Source of the DNA: Phoronis australis
Lineage: Eukaryota > Animalia > Phoronida
Reading direction: 5' to 3'
Assembly (NCBI GenBank): GCA_002633005.1
Contig: NMRA01000750.1
Location: 104,260 to 168,259, forward strand
DNA length: 64,000 nucleotides
The notes under the pieces are model-generated. The model saw only the letters and a list, made by a program, of their open reading frames with translations, did no database searches and was not told the origin of the DNA. The translations under genes and the position numbers were made by a program. Of this stretch, positions 46,036 to 59,400 are shown piece after piece. The stretch's first letter is position 1; every line of letters begins with the position of its first letter.

Positions 46036-48913
46036 TGTTTTTGTAATAGAAAGAAGCAGAAACGTATAAAAGAAATATAAAATATATTGACAGGAATTAA
46101 GAATGACGTCACAAAAGGATGACGTCATAGAAAACTATAACATCACAACACCTTCCCGCCTTATTGAGCGAAAGCTTGTCTTTTTTAAGTCTCTCGGACC
46201 TTCTCAAGTTGTTTGGTCTATATTCACTTCCCGTTGGAAGTCGTGGGTTTCGGCGCTTCTTCTTTTCCGATTTTCTCATTTGCATCTCCGTTGCCGTAGC
46301 TGTATTCTCTTCATTTCTTGCTTGTCTGTCATCTGTATCGGATTCTCCAATTGACAAAAATGTGGGATCTCCAGGATCTGTATCTTCTTCAGAACAATAC
46401 CTTGGTCTCAACTGATCGGTATGACGATGCCAGATTGGATCACGTGGCATAACTTTCACTTTGACAGAACGCGGACCCATAACTCGGGTCACAACCCAGC
46501 GAGGGTCCCTACTTTGACGAGGCCCATAGCACAAGGTATTAACGCCGAATTTGTCTTCCATTTAAGAGTTTGCTTGGAGAATAACCAGAATCTAGAGGTG
46601 TACGACGATATTTCAATAAAAACTCTTGTAACGCTGTTTTTGGCGACAAAGAAAATTTCGGCAGAGATTGCTTGAAAGTCTGTATCAAACGCTCTGCAGC
46701 TCCATTAGTAGCTGGATGGTAGGGGGGACCTGTAAGGCATACAATACCACGTTCTTGGCACCAAGCCTGAAATTCTTCAGAGTAAAATGTTGCTGCATTA
46801 TCAGTTACTAACGTGTGAGGATAACCAAAATGCGCAAATTCTCTTTCATGCAATTCCCTTGTTGTTTTTGTTGACAGTGAACATGTTGGCTGTATTTAGA
46901 CTACGCATCTACCATGACCAACCAGTTTGTTCCAAGAAAGTTTATGGCATGATCAACACGAACACGGCTCCATGGCTTAACGGGTAGCATCCATGGATGA
47001 ATAGCTGCTTTCGGTGATCTGTTTTAATGTTCAGCACAAGACGTGCAATGAAGTACCAGTTCTTCAATATCCTCGTTAATATGTGGCCAAGAAACCACTG
47101 TCCGTGCTAGTTGCTTCATTCTCTGCATTACGAAATGGCCAACATGAAGCAGATCCAACATCTGTTTTCGTAATCTCTTTGGAATAACTATCCGTGTACC
47201 ATGAAAAAGACGTCTATCGTCTGTGGTCAAGGTATCTTTCAATTTTCTGAAATATTTCAATTCTTCGGAATCCATAGAAACTGGCCAACCCTCTATGGCA
47301 TATCTCATTGCTTTAGAAATGTCAGAATCCTTGATAGATTCTTTCTCCCTGTCGAATTTTGGATCCTTACCGCAGGGTAAGCGACTCATTGCATCTGCAT
47401 TAGAGTGATCAGATGTTTTCCGATACTCTATTGTGTATTCATACTGGCTAAGATGTAACGCCTAATCTTATTAGTCGGCTCCAATCCCAACATTAGAAGC
47501 ATCACATGAAATTCCCAACGGTTGTTTTTAGGAGCGAAATGAGCCACAACTGCATCTGTACACAATATTTCTTTTAAACTGCGTTCTCCTCAGCTCCCCA
47601 TTTCCATGGCACATCCGGAGCGTCAAATGGCTCTGACGAGCAATCAAGGTAGATAAGTTCGGAATGAACTTTCCGTAAAATTGAATAGATCCAAGGAACG
47701 AACGTAGATGGGAAACATCTGATGGGGCTGGCATTTTCAAAACAGCATCAACTTTTTTACCTTTTTAATGTCATCACGTGAAATCATGTGACCGAAGTAT
47801 TCTACAGTTTGCTGACCAAATGAGCATTTTTCCAAGCGACATCTCATTCCATTGTCTTGCAAACGCTGGAGTAGTTTTCGTAGGCTCTGAAGATGTTCTT
47901 CTGCTTTGCGACCGCTTACTAAAATATCATACAAGTATACAACCACGCCATTTAAATCGCTAGTTAATTTGTCCATGATATCCTGGGAATAACTGGGGGC
48001 TGAACTAATTCCAAATGGTAATCTCTTTTGTAGATGAACTCCACGATGTGTGGATAGTGCCAAACGTCCCTGACTTTCCGAAGTTAATTCAATCTGATTA
48101 TACGCATCAGCCAAATCCATTTTCGTGAAATAAAAGCCGCCACTGAGCTTTCGCATAAGATCTTCAGACAGGGGTAGCGGATGATGATGAGCTTCAAGCT
48201 GAGGATTTATCGTTACTGAGTAATCTCCACATACTCTTGATTTCCGTTTATTTTGGCCACGAAGCGGTGCTTTTCTTATAGGGACAACTGGTGTTCCATA
48301 CTTGTTGAATTGTGTAGGTTCCCAAATTCCACGCTTAATACCAGCATTATATGCCAGATTCAAGTCATCCAGTAATGCAATAGGTACTGTGCAAGCATGT
48401 TTGCAAAATATTGGTTGGACATGAGGCTTGAATTTTACAAATAATTCGAAACCTTTTAAACATCCCAGTTCAGGTTTGAATAGGTCTGGAAATTCATCGC
48501 AGATGATTTTGCACGCGTGCTGAAACTCTACATCACTGTATTTGTCCTCATGACAAACAACACCAACTTTGTAATTTTGGTTGTCATCACGCAAAATGGA
48601 ATTCCTACAGAGTGCAGCCACATTAATCTTTAGCAGTTGGCGTAGATGTCGTTGGTTGGTGCATCAGCCTACTAGGGATCATCTCAGCAAAACGCTGATG
48701 ATTCTTTTGCCGTTGGCTGATTTGTTGTTGTAATAACGAAATAATGCCAGCCAGCTCAACTTTTTTTAATATCCTGCCAACTACGACAAAATCTTTTATG
48801 TTTGTGTAACAGAAAGAAGCAGAAACGTATAAAAGAAATGTAAAATATATTGACAGGAATTAAGAATGACGTCTCAAAAGGATGAGGTCATAGAAAACTA
48901 TAACATCACAACA
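46036..48913 (-). mobile_element. Internally deleted Ty3/Gypsy LTR retrotransposon
   Basis: 115-bp LTRs at 48799-48913 and 46036-46150 (TG...CA, 5 differences). tRNA-Ser-type PBS at 48771-48788 (tgtcgtagttggcaggat). PPT aaggcgggaagg next to 46150. RT 47737-48621 (RVCGDY, DLADAYNQI, RLPFGISSAP, VYLYDILV), integrase Zn finger 47024-47389 (LH.GH...C..C) and core 46539-46853 (VTDNA, PPYHPATNGAAER). Frameshifted; gag and protease essentially absent. Confidence 0.92.
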
Positions 48914-49639
48914 GTTACCACACAAGATGCAGGTTCTTCACTGGAGTCGGGAACAAATTAGACGCAATAGCTCTTAGCACACTTAGCTTTCATTTGATTG
49001 TGACTGGTACCACCAACCCAATGTTGTTTAGTAACTTTCCAATTACCATTGAGTTTGTCAATCAAAAGCATTACTACTGTACCTCTGGTATTTATGGCAT
49101 TGTAGATACACATGCGGAGGGCGAAATCATTTATAAGTTTTCATATGGGACAGAGCTGAAATTTTCTTGAAGAAATTGTCTCTTTGTCAGGTTGGGTTGG
49201 AGCAACTAACTTGCTTCTTTTTTAGGAGGCATCTTGAAAACATCAGTGCATAAGAGAGATGCAAGACTCGGAGTCCCATAAAATAAAACCAATATGATCG
49301 TCGTATAATATTAAAACTGGAGCACACGAATTTACATTTTTTGTGACATTATTCTTAACCAAATTAATCTACGAACTCCTTTGTAACTACATATACTACA
49401 ACTACATATACTAATTAAAATATGTTATTTATAATGTGCTTTTATTTATCAATTTTTATATAAAAAACTGTATAACCGTCTCATTTTGAGAATAATGATG
49501 CTGTCAAGAACTTACAAATTATAACAATAAAAATTAGCTTAGGATCAGGGACTAATATAAGGGCCAACATGAATATCACAGACTATTACCGACTATTTTT
49601 TAGCAAATTTCTGCAAATGCTATCAGTCTTGTAAACACT

Positions 49640-52330
49640 TGATAAGTAGAAAAATGGCAATTTAAGAAATTGTCATCAACGTAACGGTACCACATAGGTC
49701 GACCACTTCTTCTAGTACATCGACCGGAAGATCCTTGTATCAAGTTCATCCAGGAGTCTGTGGTGAACGACACTCTCTCGTTTCTGGATTGTGCTATCTC
49801 TGTGCATTCAGTGCATAGTGTTTGGTAATGAGACCCATACAGTTCATTACCTAGCTCTTGACTCTCATCATCACCTGGAGCAAAAATATGAAGTGACACG
49901 CTCTTTATTCCACAGGGCTGAACGTATCGTTAATGACCCTGTCGAGGAGGGGAAAAAGTGAAATTGCATATGAGTCAGGCTCTTTCCAAGTGAGGGTACC
50001 CTAAATGGTAAATTTTAAGGGCGACCAGGAGACAGAACAGTACCGGTGAGGATAACATCCGTGAGCGTCCTAAAACTGTGGTTGCCTTACCGTACGTGGA
50101 AGAGGTATTTGAACAAATACAACGTATATGCAGTCAGTTTAATATAAGAGTGACACATGAACCAGTTAAAACAACTCTTGGTGCATCCTAAAGACAAGCA
50201 GGAAAAAGATCATATTAGTAGGGTCCTTAATTCTAATCGCTCTGAAGGAGAGCAATGTGATCCGTTTTATGTGGGCGAGACTGAGCAACCGCTCAAGGAA
50301 CGCATGTACAAACATATGCATGCGTGAATAATTGGCTGATAAGCCACCTCTAGAACTACTTTTGGCTGAATGGATGACCAGGCCATAAAATGATAATTAG
50401 CCAAGACCAGTTACTGCAACAAAGAATAATGTCGTAGCATCACCTAGCCTTGGTGGAAAGCTGTATACTGTATTGGCTCTAATAAACGCTTAGAAAAATT
50501 CATTTCATGGGGAGGGGATTCTTATTGTAGCCTACGGCAGTTGAAAGCCGGTTTCCCAAACGGGTAAAATCGGAAGCTAGGGTTCATAAAATTTACGCTC
50601 TGTGACGTATTTTTAGCCTATGACAGTCTTTCTACAAAATTGTGGTGCATTACTATGAACTTCCGTTGTTAAATTACGATAATTTTTCAAAAAAATGTGC
50701 TCACCACAGGGCGAAAACTTGCCGACTGATGCGTCGCTGAATCTCCATCGTCAATAGGAAAACTTGAACTCTTGAATAAAAATATAGTTTCGACTCAACA
50801 AATTACCTGAAATCTTCCTTATGTTCTACAATTTTTAAAGTTCATGTGGAGTCCAGATTAATTGCGATCAAGTGCAAATCTGCGCTACATCGTACCCCAC
50901 AACACGAGAAAAATCGCTGGATGAACTCACATGTTGTTGTCACGTGACGTTTGTTTTGAAGTTCGTCTGCGTATGAGAGTGGGTGCCGGAGCGTGCGTGT
51001 GTGGGTCATCGACGATAGACTTTTTGTTACAAAAGGCGGAGGATTATGCAGGAAAATGACGTTTACTAGATTGTTTTTTCACTTAAACGGCTGCAACGTG
51101 CAAGGTGAGTGCTGGTTAACTCACAGATTTTGTGTGCACAGGCCGACAGTCGTTAGCTCTACCGTGGAGTATTAATAGTCCAAGGCTCGATCTACATGTT
51201 GGGGACGAAGTGAACTACCCGGGCTGTGTGAAATTTCTGGGTCTAACGGAGACACTGACGCAGTGGTCAGCCAGCTCGCTGTACCAAGACTATAGTCAAA
51301 ATCCAAATTCGTTTTATCGTGTCCCTGTCAATAATAACGGCATGCTAAAATTTCTTAATTTTCGTACTTCAGGAACATAACAATCACGTGCTTTATACAA
51401 ATACGCGCACGCCGCAGATCACATCTCGGAAATTGCCGATTTGACGGATGACAATGAATGAGCACAATGAAATTAAACAACGTCGTTTTACAGCTTGTAA
51501 GATTCATAATAAACGTATTTTGAATATTGCAATGCATGTGTTCCAAAATCTAAATAACTTGGGTCCTATATTTTTGTATTCGTGCTCGCCGATTGAAAGT
51601 AATCGTGAGTGTTGCTGTGTTGCAAAATCTCTTATCCTGGGCCGATTTGAAAAATTCAGAGTTGTACTCATATTTGTTTTCGCTCCTCTTTTCAAATATT
51701 ACAGTAAAAACTACTTGTAACTCTCTCCATAAAAAGTACAGTCTGCTAGGTAGATTGTAATCAGCTGATCATATCCGCATGAGCGAAGCCAATTATCCTC
51801 GCTCGTGACTCGATGAATAGAGCAGCTTGGCGGCATCCCTTTGATCGTGAGCCGAGCGCGACTCAGCCAAGGTGGATAAATACGGTCTAGTTCAATTTTC
51901 CATACCCCACCGTTTACCTTGACGACCGGGGTTAGGACCAATCTTATTTAGTGGGACTGTTCATAGCATGCTATGAAAACTTAAGTTCATTTTTGTAAGG
52001 GATAGACGGGCTGAGGGGGAAGAAATTTCATCAGCTCTGTGTCGGTACAATCACCTGCATGAGCACACTCATGAGTTTAGTAATGAAAATGTTGAGATCT
52101 TGTTCATAGGAAAGAACTGGTTTGAGAGAGGTGTGCAGGAGGAAATTTACATAGCAGCCCCACAGCCTTCTCTCAACAAACTAGGTGGCGCAACATGCAG
52201 ATTTAAATTGTGCTCGTCATGGAACTAGAGTAGAGGCAGTTTCGAGATCCCACGTGAAAAAGAGTTCGCGCGACTCATCACAGTCAACGTCCCATTGAAG
52301 GACACGAAAGGACTCTGAACATCTAGAAAA
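49640..52330 (+). mobile_element. Degraded Penelope-like element, interrupted and partly inverted
   Basis: RT motif WYRYVDD on the minus strand (~49670-49695). Plus-strand LSFLD, LPYVE, LVHPKDK, YVGETEQPLKERM (49770-50330), then HLHEHTHEF...NWFERGVQEEIYI...PSLNK (52050-52190) after ~1.6 kb of unrelated sequence. Confidence 0.7.
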
Positions 52331-53018
52331 TTAAAAAGGTAATCCAGCAGACCAGTTTTAACTTTAATATCAATCCAACAAATTCACAAAGTTGTGCAAT
52401 GTTTGACACCAATGTGGCTCGCTTAACACCATAGACATCTTGGAGAAAAAACTGATCTGTTGAAATGTTTTCTTTTCCTCTGTCACCTGCTGGTTGGCTG
52501 GTAAAAAATCTTCAAGCGCGGACATAATCATGTTACGTTCACTGAACATTCCAGCTTGCGTTACGGAAAACCAAATTGATTGATGAGTGGAAGAAACTTG
52601 CATCATGTTAGACGCATTTTAATTAGCCACCTGTCAGCCAATCGCAGCACTGTTGGAAATACAAACATGTGTCGCAGAATGGTTACGGCTTAGAATTGAC
52701 TCATTATTCTAATTCTTTCAATTTATTATCATGTTTCATATTATATTGAAACTTCCACACAGTCCGATCCGGTTCGTGTTAACATGTGTCAATTTAATGG
52801 GAAATTGACCATTAGGCCTATCTCAAGTTTCATTATCCATTCTAACTGAATTTTGGAAATGGAAATTAGTACAAGTATTGAGGGGTTCTATCGATCGATT
52901 TCCTCTCCATTTAAAGGTTTGTGTTTTCAAAAACAGCAGTAGTTAGCAGAGCGACATGCAAAACAATTGACTGCCTAACGGACGTATAACTAGTCATTGA
53001 CTCCTGCACAGCCTTCGA

Positions 53019-53340
53019 ATGTTTCGTCAACAACGAGAGTTCGTTTTTCTTTTTGTATTTGTCGCATTTTGTAAAACAAATGGAATGTGGTTTAAGAAGC
53101 TCAAGAACATGAAGGCCTTAAGTTGTCCGGGAAGAATAAGTACACCTACACTCGATCTATGCGTTGTCGGTTGTTTGGAGCAGAATCGTAATGAATCCGG
53201 GAAGTGTGTGGTTGTTAACTTTAATGAGCACTCGTCTGCTTGTGACTTGTGTGACCTAAACATGAACCTCGCACCTTTGCAGTCAATATGGCATACTTGG
53301 ATCCCGGCAGCAGTTAAAGAAGCAATGAAGCTGATCACAG
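53019..53340 (+). CDS. First coding exon of a putative small secreted PAN/apple-like protein
   Basis: Signal-peptide-like FVFLFVFVAFCKTNG and the Cys pattern C-x11-CVVGC...CVVVNFNEHSSACDLC of PAN/apple type. Phase-1 donor cag|gtgaca at 53340. A possible terminal exon is 61874-61917 (GTSRNLNVPGTGNC*). Confidence 0.55.
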
Positions 53341-53357
53341 GTGACAAGACACCATCA

Positions 53358-53636
53358 GCCGATTTCATAAAGGCGTTTAAAGTTAAACCTTGTTTAAACT
53401 GGAATTAGACCAGGTTTAAAGATGATCTGCATTTCATAAAGGTGGCTTAACTTTTAGACCAGTGGTCTAGTAAAACCTGGTTTAACTCCAGTTTAGACCT
53501 GATCTAAGTCAGTTTTCATTTCACTAACGAGGTCTGTATTCTGTAGTCCTATATTAAGATCTTAAACCAGCTTTAACTTTAGACTTGGTCAGACCCAGCT
53601 TTAACTGTTAAATATGAGACTTGCATGATATAGGTG
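53358..53636. mobile_element. MITE
   Basis: gccgatttcataaagg...catgatataggt ends, with internal repeats of taaacc / ttagacc / aactttaga. Confidence 0.5.
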
Positions 53637-54169
53637 CAACTGAATGATGCCGCGGTGTGCATTTACGGCACAGTTTTAGAGTGAAAATGGATTATTTTCA
53701 ATATTCAGTTTTACGACGACACAAGATCAAACGTAGCAGGGGCGGATAAACAATTTAAAGGGGGCGGTCAAGGACTCTTTAAAAGGGGGACCAAGTCAAC
53801 AATTTGAAAATTATAGATTTGATATCACCAGGAAGAGATAACCAGGAAGGGACAACTAGCTAAACCGCCGTTTTTGGTCTCTTTTACCGGACTAATATCA
53901 GGAGTTAAGTTTCATTTAAAAGAAAACAGATGATATCATCAGAGAGAATAAAGCTTTTTCTATAGAAAGATGTCAAAATAACTCACTTTTCAACTTTAAA
54001 CAGTGGTGTAATTGTACTTTGAAAATATGGACTTCAGCGCACGCAATCGCAATTTCCCACACGCAGTCACGGGTATTTAAGCTTTTCCGTCGATGTATAG
54101 ATGGCGCAGTAGTCAAGTACTCCCTCATTTGCATATCAAATTTGCATGTGGGAGTTCTGAGACTCTCGT

Positions 54170-54265
54170 CCACAGGCGTCCTCAGCTTCTGATCGTCCCC
54201 AATACACTACATGTAGTATTATATGTAGTGTATTGGGGACGATCAGAAGGTGAGGACGCCTGTGC
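54170..54265. mobile_element. Short hairpin MITE
   Basis: cacaggcgtcctcagcttctgatcgtccccaatacactacat / atgtagtgtattggggacgatcagaaggtgaggacgcctgtg. A half copy lies at 63609-63655. Confidence 0.75.
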
Positions 54266-55794
54266 TCTCGTCAGTTTAGTTGTTGTCGAGCGCTTGAGTG
54301 CATAAAGCGGTGACCTCCCGCTGAGAGCACGCGCTGATGAAGATACCACAGCCAACTCGATCGCTTCGCAATCAGCGGAGGTGAAAACACTCTCATGACC
54401 GCAGTTCTGAATTCGAGCTAAGCAAGCCCTATTTCGAGGAGCGGATTGAATTGTTTTCGTCCCCAGACTGTAGATTGCAGAGAAGATTAGAATGAGGTCA
54501 ACATCTAACTTTCTGCGGCTACCTATCGTGTTGACAAAAGTTTAAAGTGTCAGAACCGTAGACGGAGCGCGCGGGATGTCTATGGTTCCCGTTCTTCTTC
54601 AGTTGACGAAAACATTGCTATCGGCATAAAGAATGACCGTGGGAAATTCATTTTGAGCTGGACACCTGTATCCAAGAATAAATATTAATACTCTGTAATA
54701 TCTCACCCTCCGCGTTTCGTTTCTTTGACGTTGTTTGAGGTTGCGGTATCGTGAAACAACGCCGTCGGGTGAGAGAAGTTGCACCGAATAACTGGAATTC
54801 GCTGGAGTCCTTTCCTTTAGAATGCCCGGACTCAACTTTGCCATTTTCTTGGCAAATCTCTTGCCTGCCGAAATTTTTCTGAGCATTGAAGGCATCGGCC
54901 TTCTCCTGCGCCAATCAACCTTTTTATCTACTACAGAAATGTTATGCCTAATTTTCTACCATTTTAGCACACTTTGTGGATCTGCTACAATTAGCACTGC
55001 CATAATCGTTATTTCTTAATTCTGCCACAGTATGCATGCCTGGAAGTTAGTTTTTCTAAGTGTTTTTCCAAATTAAGCCACAACAGTTGTTCATCATTAA
55101 ATGCCTCAGATTCCTCGACGCCATGGACATTTCCGTCAACACAAAACGTACCCTTGACATTCTTAAAAATTCGTATATATTTGCTATAATTGCTTCGAAG
55201 GACCGGCAGTAACCGTGGCTGGAATGTCGGCAGCTTCGCGACTAAGTCTACAGCTAACTCCAGTTGAAATTCTCCATACTTCAAAATTCTTGTTTGCAGG
55301 TGCTGATAATTGCCGTCAACGGTTTTCATAATAAGAGACTAGAAATCCGAGTTGTCACACACGCCCACTGGCCTGGTGCTGCCTTACATTTTCACTGGCC
55401 ATCTTGCTACAGTCGACTTGCGCAATAGCTGAATTAGTGTCCACATTTGTGGTCACGTGCCGGGTACAGGCCCATGAGACAAGTTGCAGCAACAAATTCA
55501 GTACGAATCCATAAACCCTTTAATAATTTACACAAAATTAAATGCGAGAGGGCGCTGCTGCATAGGCATGTCGACTCAGTGATTGTGCTCCTCATAATAT
55601 ATCAGATAATAATATCGGAATTTACGGACAACCAAGCCTTAGGAATTTGTGCGTTGCTGTATTAAGACATAGAGACAGAAGAATTATCACAAATGTAAGT
55701 TTTATGGTCAGCCCATAGTCTACAGGACAAAACTGTATTTGCTACGAGGCCTATCCCTCCTCTCTCCATTGTTGTTACGTAATCCGCCATTACA

Positions 55795-56451
55795 ATGCCA
55801 AGAAGCAAAGACAGGGGCCGCGCAAATACTCGCAGCTCTATTGCTGATTATATGAGCCCCAATCAAGATATCTCAAACAAAGATCTTTTGGAATCATTAA
55901 ACAAGCGATTCGATAATATGGAAAAAGAATTCAACAAACTCAGAACAGAATATGAAGACACGAAAAGAGAGAACGAAAAATTGAAAACGTTTATTAAAGA
56001 TCTGAGCGCGAAAATTGATGACCTAGAAAATCGGTCCAGGCGTGATAATGTAATCGTCCATGGCTTGAAAGAAGAAAACAATGAATCGTGGGAAATGTCT
56101 GAAGCTCTCGTAGTAAATCTTGCCAAAGATCATTTAGGTATCGATATCCACGTCGAGAGGGCACACAGACTGGGAAAGAAAATAAGTGGAAAGACCCGTC
56201 CGATCATTGCTAAGGTGTCTTCTAAAGACAAGACCTACATTTTGAAGAAACGCAAAAACCTACAAAACCCAGCCATCCACATTACCGAAGATTTTTCAGT
56301 TAGAGTGCGCAATGCCAGAAAGGAACTGTATAAATTCTCGAAGGGAAACGACATGGAAAATGCAAGCATACGGTATGACAAACTCATTCACGATAGGAAA
56401 ACTTATATGTACGACGAAGACAACAAGAGAGTGTTTGAATGCAACAGATAG
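55795..56451 (+). CDS. LINE ORF1 protein (coiled coil + L1-type RRM)
   Basis: Intact 218 aa with LENRSRRDNVIVHGLKE, VERAHRLG, RPIIAK and ITEDFS motifs. Confidence 0.85.
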   Translation: MPRSKDRGRANTRSSIADYMSPNQDISNKDLLESLNKRFDNMEKEFNKLRTEYEDTKRENEKLKTFIKDLSAKIDDLENRSRRDNVIVHGLKEENNESWEMSEALVVNLAKDHLGIDIHVERAHRLGKKISGKTRPIIAKVSSKDKTYILKKRKNLQNPAIHITEDFSVRVRNARKELYKFSKGNDMENASIRYDKLIHDRKTYMYDEDNKRVFECNR

Positions 56452-56493
56452 GATGGAGGCCAAGGCCCACCCCTGTATACAAACGGCATATCC

Positions 56494-59400
56494 TTGATGA
56501 GCTGGAACGCACATGGTCTCGCCAAAAAGATTGAACAATCTGAGGTTATTGACTTTATATCTAGGTGTCATGTAGTAGCAGTCAGTGAAACATGGGCAAA
56601 TAAACCAAACCAGTTTAGTGTACCAGGCTGTGTAAATTTCGATGTGCAAAACATAAAGAGAAGAAAATTTGGAAGAAACTCCGGAGGAGTGAGTGTATTT
56701 ATCAAACATGAATTAGGAAAATATTTTAGACGTTTGAAGGTTGATAATATTCACGGTGTAGTCATAAAGGGCGACAAAAGGTTGTTTAAGACGGACAACG
56801 ATGTTATTATTTGTTTTATTTATGTAGCCCCAGAAGGGTCGCCAGTGTATGAAAACTCCGCAGAGAAAAATGGGGTAACCCTGCTTGGCCAAGAGTTGTT
56901 GAATTTGTCTCAGAAGTTTTGTGATTGTCATTTTGTTGTCATGGTTGACCTAAATGCTAGAGTTGAGAACTTGCAAGACTATATTCTAGATGACAGTGCG
57001 GATTTCTTACCGTGTCAAGATTGGTACGATAGTGACACATTTTGTTGGCCCAGGCAGTCTAAGGATGAAACTGTAAATCATTTTGGCAAAACTTTAATTG
57101 AATTGTGTTGTGACTTAAACATGCATATAGTTAACGGTAGGAGTCAGAGTGATAAACATGGCGAGTTTACATGTCACGCTTCAGGTGGTTGTAGCACTGT
57201 AGACTATTTGATAGTATCGACAAGTCTCTTTCAACATATTTCAGATTTTAGTGTAGGCACATTTGACGAGTCTGACCATTTTCCTATTGTTTGTAATGTT
57301 GCAGGTAATTGTAGCGTTAGCCAATCAGCATCGAAATCAAACACTCGACTGGAGTGGGATAGTGGCCGAGTAGCAGAATTCCATGAAGTGTTCTCAAATT
57401 GCCTATCAGAAAGTCTAGATCGAATAGTTGAACAGATTACTCGTGGTGACATAGAAAATGCAGCAGATGGTGTCACAAATCTGTATAAACAAACTGCTAC
57501 ATCCATGGCAATGTTTAAAAATAAACGTACTTATGCTAAAAGGCAGAGCAAACAACCCCCTTGGTGGGATCAAGAATTACATACTGCGAAAAAACGAAAA
57601 AATCATTCTTTGAATATTTTTCGGAGAGACTCTTCCCCTGGAAAATTGGCAGTATACAAAGAAAATAAGAAATAATTTCGCATGCTATACAAAGAAAAAG
57701 AAAAAGAGCACCAATCGAAGTTGCTAGAAAATATTTTAGATAGTAGAAATAATCCAAAGCAATTCTGGGCTTTGGTAAAATCAAAATTTAATAGTAGTCC
57801 GAAGGAAACTGCGATAACTCCAGAACGGTGGTACACGTATTTTAATTTGTTGCTCAATGAACGGATGGAACCGAACGACACTATGTCAAATGCGGTCGTA
57901 AGACAACAAGAAAATCATGACAATTACTGTGATGCTTGTGACAAAAATTTACCCAGTGATATGAACACTTGTTTCTCATGTGAGGAAATTGACNAGATTT
58001 TAGTGTAGGCACATTTGACGAGTCTGACCATTTTCCTATTGTTTGTAATGTTGCAGGTAATTGTGTGTATGACAGTCGTTGTAGCGTTAGCCAATCAGCA
58101 TCGAAATCAAACACTCGACTGGAGTGGGATAGTGGCCGAGTAGCAGAATTCCATGAAGTGTTCTCAAATTGCCTATCAGAAAGTCTAGATCGAGTAGTTG
58201 AACAGATTGCTCGTGGCGACATAGAAAGTGCAACAGAAGGTATCACAAATCTGTATAAACAAACTGCTACATCGATGGCAATGTTCAAAAATAAACGTAC
58301 TTATGCTAAAAGGCAGAGCAAACAACCCCCTTGGTGGGTCAAACAATTACATACTGCGAAAAAACTAAAAAATCACTCTTTGAATATTTTTCGGAGAGAT
58401 TCTTCCCCTGGAAAATTGGCAGTATACAAAGAAAATAAGAAACAATTTCGCATGCTATACAAAGAAAAAGAAAAAGAGCACCAATCGAAGTTGCTAGAAA
58501 ATATTTTGGATAGTAGAAATAATCCAAAGCAATTCTGGGCTCTGGTAAAATCAAAATTTAATAGTAGTCCGAAGGAAACTGCGATAACTCCAGAACGGTG
58601 GTACACGTACATGTATTTTAATTTGTTGCTCAATGAACGGATGGAACCGAACGTCACTATGTCAAATGCGGTCGTAAGACAACAAGAAAATCATGACAAT
58701 TACTGTGATGCTTGTGACAAAAATTTACCCAGTGATATGAACACTTGTTTCTCATGTGAGGAAATTGACTGCGCTATAATGGATCTGCCAAACGGCAAAG
58801 CGGCCGGCATTGATCACGTTGTGTTTGAGATGTTGAAGTGTACGAGGGTAGCTATTGTTCCTGTATTGGAACTGCTTTTCAATGGAATTCTCGCTACAGG
58901 TCACTACCCACAGGGCTGGTGTGACGCAATAATTGTTCCTATATTTAAACAGGGTAACACTGAAGATGAGAACAATTGTAGAGGTATCTCATTGTTGAAC
59001 AACCGGCTTAGGACCTGGGCTGAGGCAAATGACGAACTTCGTGAATCACAGGCGGGATTCCGCAAGGGCTATTGCACTCAGGACCAAATGTTTACGCTTC
59101 AGGCCATGTGCCAAAAATATATCACTAAGCCCGGGGTCGTTTTTATTGGGCTTTTGTCGACTTTTCGAAGGCGTTTGACAGAGTTCCCTACATGCTACTC
59201 TGGTATAGATTACTTAAAATCTTGAAATCCATGTACAGCAAATTACGTTCATGCGTAAGGACCCGAGAAGGGTTAACCGACTTTTGTGACTGTTCTGTCG
59301 GCACCAGACAAGGGTGTATGATCAGTCCACTATTATTTATCATGTATCTGAACGAATTTATCAAAGTCCTAGATTATGCCCAAAATATTAGAGGGATTTA

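Noticed and set aside
57243-58769. ~750-bp tandem duplication inside LINE ORF2
   Set aside because: The two slightly different copies meet exactly at a single N (57994). This is most likely overlapping contig ends from two haplotypes or two LINE copies, not biology.
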